Shown in pieces: positions 58,059 through 64,000 of a DNA stretch of 64,000 nucleotides. The notes beneath the pieces were generated by a model. That model ran no database searches. It saw only the letters and a program-made list of their open reading frames with translations, and was not told the origin of the DNA. Numbering within the stretch: the first letter of the stretch is position 1; each line of letters opens with the position of its first letter. This stretch comes from Lepidodermella squamata (Eukaryota; Animalia; Gastrotricha), in NCBI GenBank assembly GCA_047495785.1, contig JBLDXI010000003.1, positions 2,170,001-2,234,000 of the forward strand, written 5' to 3'. The position numbers and the translations under genes are program-made.

Positions 58059-60987
58059 TTAAGATTCAGAGTAAAACTTCTCCAAATTGGACAACAAAGA
58101 GCGAGCTTCATTCCAAGCTTTCAAACGAATCGCCTCGCTGATCGGATTCACGCTGCGGTAATTCTCCATACAGATCAGATGCGGAAAATTCGAGCCAAGG
58201 TATTCAACAACCTCCGCGGGGTTGTCCGCTGTTAGACAATGAAGCAGAGCCGTACTGCCAGAATGGTCCAGGCTCATCTCATCGATTTTCAGATCCTCCA
58301 CTACAAACTTGACCGTTTCAAGATCGCAAGATTCCGCCGCGAAATGAAGAGCTGTTAAGCCATATTTATCAACAGAATTGATATTACACCCCTTTTCGGC
58401 CAAAAATCTAGCATTTTCTACGTTGCTAAAAGCAATAGCTTGGTGAAAAGGCGTCCGTTTATCGGCGGTATTCGGGACATCGAAAAAATGGGGTGCTGCG
58501 TCATACAAAATTTTCAGAATTTTCAACCCTTCATCGCCACAAACTTCAGCAGCTTTTTCCATCAAGGAAGCGCCGTCGGAATTTGGAATGTCACATTTCC
58601 CGCCTTTTTCCAGCAGATATTTTACGATTTCATAAGAACCGCCACATTGCACGGCTTCGAAAATCGGCAATTCGCCTTGTGACTCATCGGTGCAGCGATT
58701 TACGTCGAAGGAGTAATTTTCGACCAATAATTTCACAATGTCGAGATTTCGCCCTTGGCAGGCGTAGTAGAGCACATCGCAGTCCCTCGAATCGTTGCTA
58801 CGAATGAAATCTGGGAACTCTTTTAATAAATATTCGAACATCTCGCAATTTTCGGACGTAGCTGCTGATAGTAGAGAATTTTCCCCATAACCAGTGCCGT
58901 CTTCGCGAAACGCGTCAGCCCCGATTTCGTGCACGAGAAACTTCCAAAGTTCGAAATTTCCGTGTGACGCTGCCTGCCTAACTGCGGTGGAATTCGATCG
59001 GTCGTGATTTGCGATGAAGAGTTCGCTTCCAGATGGCAGACGAGGGTTCAAGCAGATACGTTTGACGGCTTCGAGATCGCCTTTTGCGATTGCTGAATCA
59101 AAACGCGCAAATTCCAGCGGTTTCTCGTAAAAATTTGGGCTTCTTTTCTAAAAAGAAAATTTCAAAAGAATTATACCGAAGTTAAAAAATAAAATAAAAA
59201 ATTTTCAAATATAAAAAGTAAATGAAATTACTGATTTTCAGAATTCAAAAGTGATTTGTCGGAATTCCCAAATTCACTTTTCGGGGCTTGAGAGTGTAGT
59301 TCAACTGATATCGAAAAAAGGATTATGAATTATTTTTGAGTGAGATCCCAAAAATGATATTTCGGAAAAAAATAGGAAAAATGAGCCGAAAAATATCCTA
59401 CTTCAAGGACTATTTTCCTCAAAATTGAGATAATATTAGTCCCACCGAAATGAAAAGGAAATGGAATTTTACAGTGAAAATCAAATTTTTGCCAGCAGAT
59501 GAAATAGGTCCGATTTCGGTTCTATGCTAATTGAAGCAAACGAAAATTGAGCAGCGAAAATAGAGCAAGGGCTTTTGAGCAACGACATAAGAGCATATTT
59601 AAAAATTAATTTTAGCTCTTATTTATTGCCCTAGTGTCATTTTGCTCTTTATTCGTTTTGCTCTAGTTTCGTTTGCTCTTATGTCGTTGCTCAAAAGCCC
59701 TTGCTCTATTTTCGTTGCTCAATTTTCGTTCAACTGGTTTAACTTGAAAAATATAATTTTCCTCACCATGATTTTAGCAGGCGCCGATTCATCGAAGCTA
59801 TAAATTTGCTGAGAAGCAACTCTAAAGCAGCGATCGACCAAAGTTTGCATGTGGCCAATCAAATTGTTGTTCGATTCCAGTTTGATTTTCGGCTCCAATG
59901 CTGTTCTTTCCAGTTCCGCACATTTTCGCAGCTGTTATTATAAAGAAAATTAATTTTAATTACAAAATTGAAAACCATCAAAATTACTTCGCCGTCCGTT
60001 TTCCAAACCCTGACGTAATATCTCGAAATTTCGTCAAGGGTTCGAAAAATAATAGGGCCGTTGTTGATAGAACGAGCTTCCCGCAGAGTTTCTTCAAACG
60101 AAGACCGGTTTATCGATGAAGCCTCGAGCATCACTTGTTTCCTCTCGTCAATCAAGCTTCCGAGATCCGATAACAAGCGTGAACGCGTTTTCTCAACAGC
60201 TGATTTCAGTGTTTCGATTAGTGAATCACATTTCGAATTAATTTCTGCCACCAATCCGTTCGAAAAATTGTCAATCGCCTCATTCGCCTTTTCGATCCTT
60301 GAACTCAAATCGGAGGAAGTTATTTCGAAGCGCTTTGAAAACTGAAAAAATTATATGAGAAATTATTTTGAAAATGAAATTTTATTTAACAGGTCTAACA
60401 TTGACTGAGATCCAGGCGCTTTCCAACTTTAACCGCTCAGCATGGGCTAACGAGCAAGCTTCGCAAAATTTCTCATCGCAATGATGGCATTTTTCGAATT
60501 TGTGGCCCGGCAACTCGGGATGGGGACATTTCTCACCGACGGTGTAGCCGAGATTTGGTTCTTCATTAAATTCGAATTTTTTAACCAAATTAATCAATTT
60601 CTGAAGCCCAATATTTGGGATGTAATCTAGAAAATGAAACTTTATTTTAATTAAATTGAGATTTTAATTCGTCACACCATGGCTTCTTTCCGGGTAGGTA
60701 ATATTGCATGTAGGACAAGGCGGCCTAGGCGGCAATAGATAAAGCTGACGTCTTTCGGAACATTGCAAACAAAACGAGTGACCGCAGCGTAACAGCGCCA
60801 TAGGTTTCTCCATTATTTCCTTGCATTTCGGGCAATTAACGGCCTGATTCGAAAATTTTATTTGAATTTTTTCAAATTTTTGCCGAATTCGAGGACTTAC
60901 GTTGATCAGGCTGTTCTTCGATAGATCAACTTTCATTCGCTTAGTACCGAGCGGGCGAGTCTGGTCGGATAATTCGGTATTGGTCAT
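58059..60987 (-). CDS. TRIM-ANK e, 6 exons
   Basis: RING CPKCKEIMEKPMALLRCGHSFCLQC...CPTC; B-box CPHP...CHHCDEKFCEACSLAH; coiled coil. The linker exon ending PAKIM splices to KRSPNFYEKPL and the ANK repeats. Confidence 0.85.
59539..59730. repeat. Foldback/MITE-like palindrome in the last intron of TRIM-ANK e
   Basis: 57-bp arms at 59539-59595 and 59674-59730 are reverse complements with one mismatch; they are built from short gagca / tgctc units. Confidence 0.85.
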
Positions 60988-61302
60988 TGTGACTAAAATC
61001 TAAAGGATACGACTAGAGATCATTCAGGACTGAAAGTAATACAGTGCAACTTTTGTCGACCTAGCTTCTCATCCCAGCACCTTTAAACGTCTTCGGAGGC
61101 CTTTATTGAACATTTAATCTCGAATAAAAATTAAAACACCAAAAGAATGGAATAACTGTGTCAGCTGCATATAGAATGACTGCCGGCGAGAAGAGAGTTG
61201 TAACATCGCGGGCTCCAGATGGTATGCTGATTCATCAAACTCTTGCAGGCCTAAACCTAAAGTATTTTATTTTATTCCCAGAATCTTTTTATTTTTCCCA
61301 TA

Positions 61303-62007
61303 CCGTAATGGGTCCTAACTTTGGACACAACACGTTTTTTAATTATTAAAAATTTGGTTTTAGTCCAAAAAAATTGCCAAACCTTCGCCCGAGGAATCCC
61401 GATGGGCAGGTAAATTCTGGAGAATTTAGGAGCTCACCTTGATTTTAAAAAAAATAGGTAAAGAGAAACCTCTAAATTTGGACACCTCATTTGCATATTT
61501 CGATCTTACACACATTTTATTCCTTGTTGCGCAATTTTTCTCGTGTTTTAAAAGGCGACTTTTGTAGCCGCTTGAGACTAAAACAATGCTACCGATAGGA
61601 TTCACTCATCGTCAGATTTAATGCAGATGTACGCAATACCAATTAATACCGTTAATGAACCATGAATCTTCTCAAAACTATGATAAACCAGGTGAAAATG
61701 TCTCTGAAGCACCGAGTCTCACTTAGAAAGTAGACGGAGGGATATCAGTTTGAGGTTAAACCATGGGTTGAGGTTTGAATGAGCGTTTGGTAAGGGGGTC
61801 CCAAAACACCTTTCTGAGTGATCGATGAGCTTCGGCGACTTTTCGCAAGTCGATAGTACATGAAAGTATTGGCGAATTTGGTACCGTTGGAAAGCCCATG
61901 AAGGGAGGGAAATTTTTAAATTTTTATCAGTTGTGCACAAATTGATATTTGGGGCTAAAGCTCAAAGTGTCCAAATTTGGGGTGTCCAAATTTAGGGCCC
62001 GTTACGG
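61303..62007. mobile_element. 705-bp TA-flanked non-autonomous DNA element (Tc1/mariner-superfamily-like)
   Basis: TA|ccgtaatgggtcctaactttggacac ... gtgtccaaatttagggcccgttacgg|TA; 26-bp TIR with 3 mismatches; subterminal gtgtccaaattt repeats. Confidence 0.88.
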
Positions 62008-62269
62008 TAGAAAGATCGGTTGATGTAAATTTTGATTTTTTTTAATTTCACATCAAATTAAAGCAGCCGAATCTGCGGAAAATTACAGCGTTTTCAATGA
62101 AATAAATCAAAAATTATATTCGCTTGCGCTATTCAATTTTGATCACGCCTTATGAATTCTATTTCAGTGGTGTACTTAGGGACGTACCTATAGCGCCGGC
62201 GAAATTGCAAATCAAAACGGTGAACACGTTTTCAGCAGATGCTGGTCACGCAACTAATTGATGACCATT

Positions 62270-62635
62270 TAAGAACGTCCCGGATAGGCATGGGATCAGA
62301 AACTCTAAAATGTGAGGGGTGTCATATCTCATGGCTAGAAAAATCTTGGAATAATCTAAAAATTGCATAAGAATAGTGATCGAGTATTTCTCTCATGAAT
62401 GGGATTGGCATTGGAATAATCCCAAGAAAATTTGATCCAATTGGGAAAAATCGAAAATTACCGAACCAGTTCCCATCGGGGTTTTCAGAGTCTAATCCGG
62501 TTAATTTAAATTTCTTCGGTAAAATCGTGGCTAATAGATAGTAGATTCCCCCAGTGTGCTTATTCTAAAAATAGTTTAAATTCCCGAAAAAATTCCCAAA
62601 ATTACGAAGGGTTGCGCAACTTGTGTGACGCGCTG
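62270..62635. mobile_element. Inverted copy of the 20009-20382 MITE family
   Basis: Ends gttgcgcaacttgtgtgacgcgctg|TA and contains aaaattaccgaaccagttcccatcgggg, the reverse complement of the family core. Left end approximate. Confidence 0.7.
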
Positions 62636-63521
62636 TACCTGGCCTTTACTCATATTCTCATTTTTTGCGTGAAATTTTAGATCAACTGAATCCCATTTCC
62701 ATATTGGAAAATGTTGGTTATTCCTATACGTGATACGCGAGGGGCCATTCGGTGGATTTTTTCCTTTTAGTCAAAATTCACAGAAATTCGCCATTACCGC
62801 GCGGAACCAGCCGCAAAAATAAGGGCGAACAAATATCTATACAGCAATGGTATATGCAATCCTCTGAAGGTCGTAATGAGAGTTGTAGAGATAAATTTTG
62901 ACAGCTTCATGGTACCTATCTCAAAGCTTTGTTGTATTCAAAAAATGCTCCGATTTTTTCGGTTATTCTTATTTCTTTTTTTCAAACAGCTCGGGGGCGT
63001 GGAACAAAAAATAACGGAAATGGGATAAAAGTGGCGAGTGACAAATATTATCAATCATAATAAATACTACACAAGAACAAGACGGCCATCTTCAACTTAA
63101 TAAGAGCAGCTGTTTTGTATAATTTGATTTCTAGAATTAGCCATGGGCCGATCCTGCTAAGAGACTGAAATGTCATTGGAGCGAATTTCTAGGATGTGGA
63201 CAATTTTTCACCTCATTTTTGATCATGCCTCATAGCTTGTAACGGACCCAGCGTCCATGTTAGCCTTGGAAAATCTAGATTTCCTTGAATTAAACCTGCC
63301 CGGATTCTGACCTTACGAACACAGGATAACGAGCTAATTTTATAATTCACTGAAGTAAAGTCGACCTTCAGAAAAATCACGCATATAGCTCACTAATTCA
63401 ATGGTCAATAATTTGCGATTTACGCACTTGCGTCGTGACGATTAATTATCATTGTCACATAAAACTGAGAATGTCTAGTAACCTTCGGTTCAAAACCCCG
63501 TATTGGTTTATTTTTCAAAAA

Positions 63522-63890
63522 ATGAAATTCTCGATTGCATGCCTTTTTGTAGCATTATTTTCGATTGCTAACACTTCTCAGCCGGCAAATGATAAAAAAT
63601 ACGACTTCAAGGTGCATTTTACGGCTAAATCCCTGTACAAGTTCATAAAGGCGAGACAATTTCTGGCTAATTGGATGGAGAAGAGCTTCGGCAATTCGTC
63701 ATTACGGGCCTGTGCCCAGTGCTTTGGTCTCGACCACATACCTCCGGAGGCTTTCGCGGCTTGGTACACGAAACGGCAGTTCTTAATTAGAAGCGCCTAC
63801 AAGAATATGATAATGGCCTACAGCTGTTCGAAGCTGCACATTCTCGATCGATTGGTTTTCTTGAAACAGCGAAAATGCTTCAATTTTTGA
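63522..63890 (+). CDS. Small secreted 4-Cys protein, copy 3 (122 aa)
   Basis: Signal peptide MKFSIACLFVALFSIANT; ACAQCFGL...WY...AYK...CSKL...RLVFLKQRKC; AATAAA at 63932. Confidence 0.82.
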   Translation: MKFSIACLFVALFSIANTSQPANDKKYDFKVHFTAKSLYKFIKARQFLANWMEKSFGNSSLRACAQCFGLDHIPPEAFAAWYTKRQFLIRSAYKNMIMAYSCSKLHILDRLVFLKQRKCFNF

Positions 63891-64000
63891 CATAAATAGC
63901 CTCGCATTTTTTGAGAAATATAAGGCATTCTAATAAATGTTAATATTATGCGTGAAGTTAGGCGTTAAGATAACTTTGAGACTTGTCACAGTTCGAAAAA

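Overview
This is eukaryotic (metazoan) DNA, not prokaryotic. It comes from a compact genome with many ~45-60 nt GT-AG introns; the species cannot be determined from the sequence. The ORF track splits most genes into exon-sized pieces, so I rebuilt the genes by hand-splicing. The window is a cluster of tandemly expanded receptor- and defence-type genes: (1) an intronless secreted or GPI-anchored PQQ/BamB-like beta-propeller; (2) two GABA-B-like class C GPCRs; (3) two Ly6/three-finger GPI proteins; (4) five RING-B-box-coiled-coil-ankyrin (TRIM-ANK) genes plus one truncated pseudogene; (5) an ankyrin-SOCS-box gene; (6) three copies of an unrecognised small secreted 4-Cys protein; (7) many MITEs and transposon relics. 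The standout is a tandem array of four Cys-loop pentameric ion-channel genes at 28.8-48.3 kb. Each splices in frame to a signal peptide and two VIP36/ERGIC-53-like (L-type lectin, ConA-fold) domains, with a Ser/Thr-rich stalk in three of the four, and the neurotransmitter-binding aromatic box is degenerate. These are candidate lectin-domain-gated channels. All family assignments come from motif recognition by eye; no database search was run.
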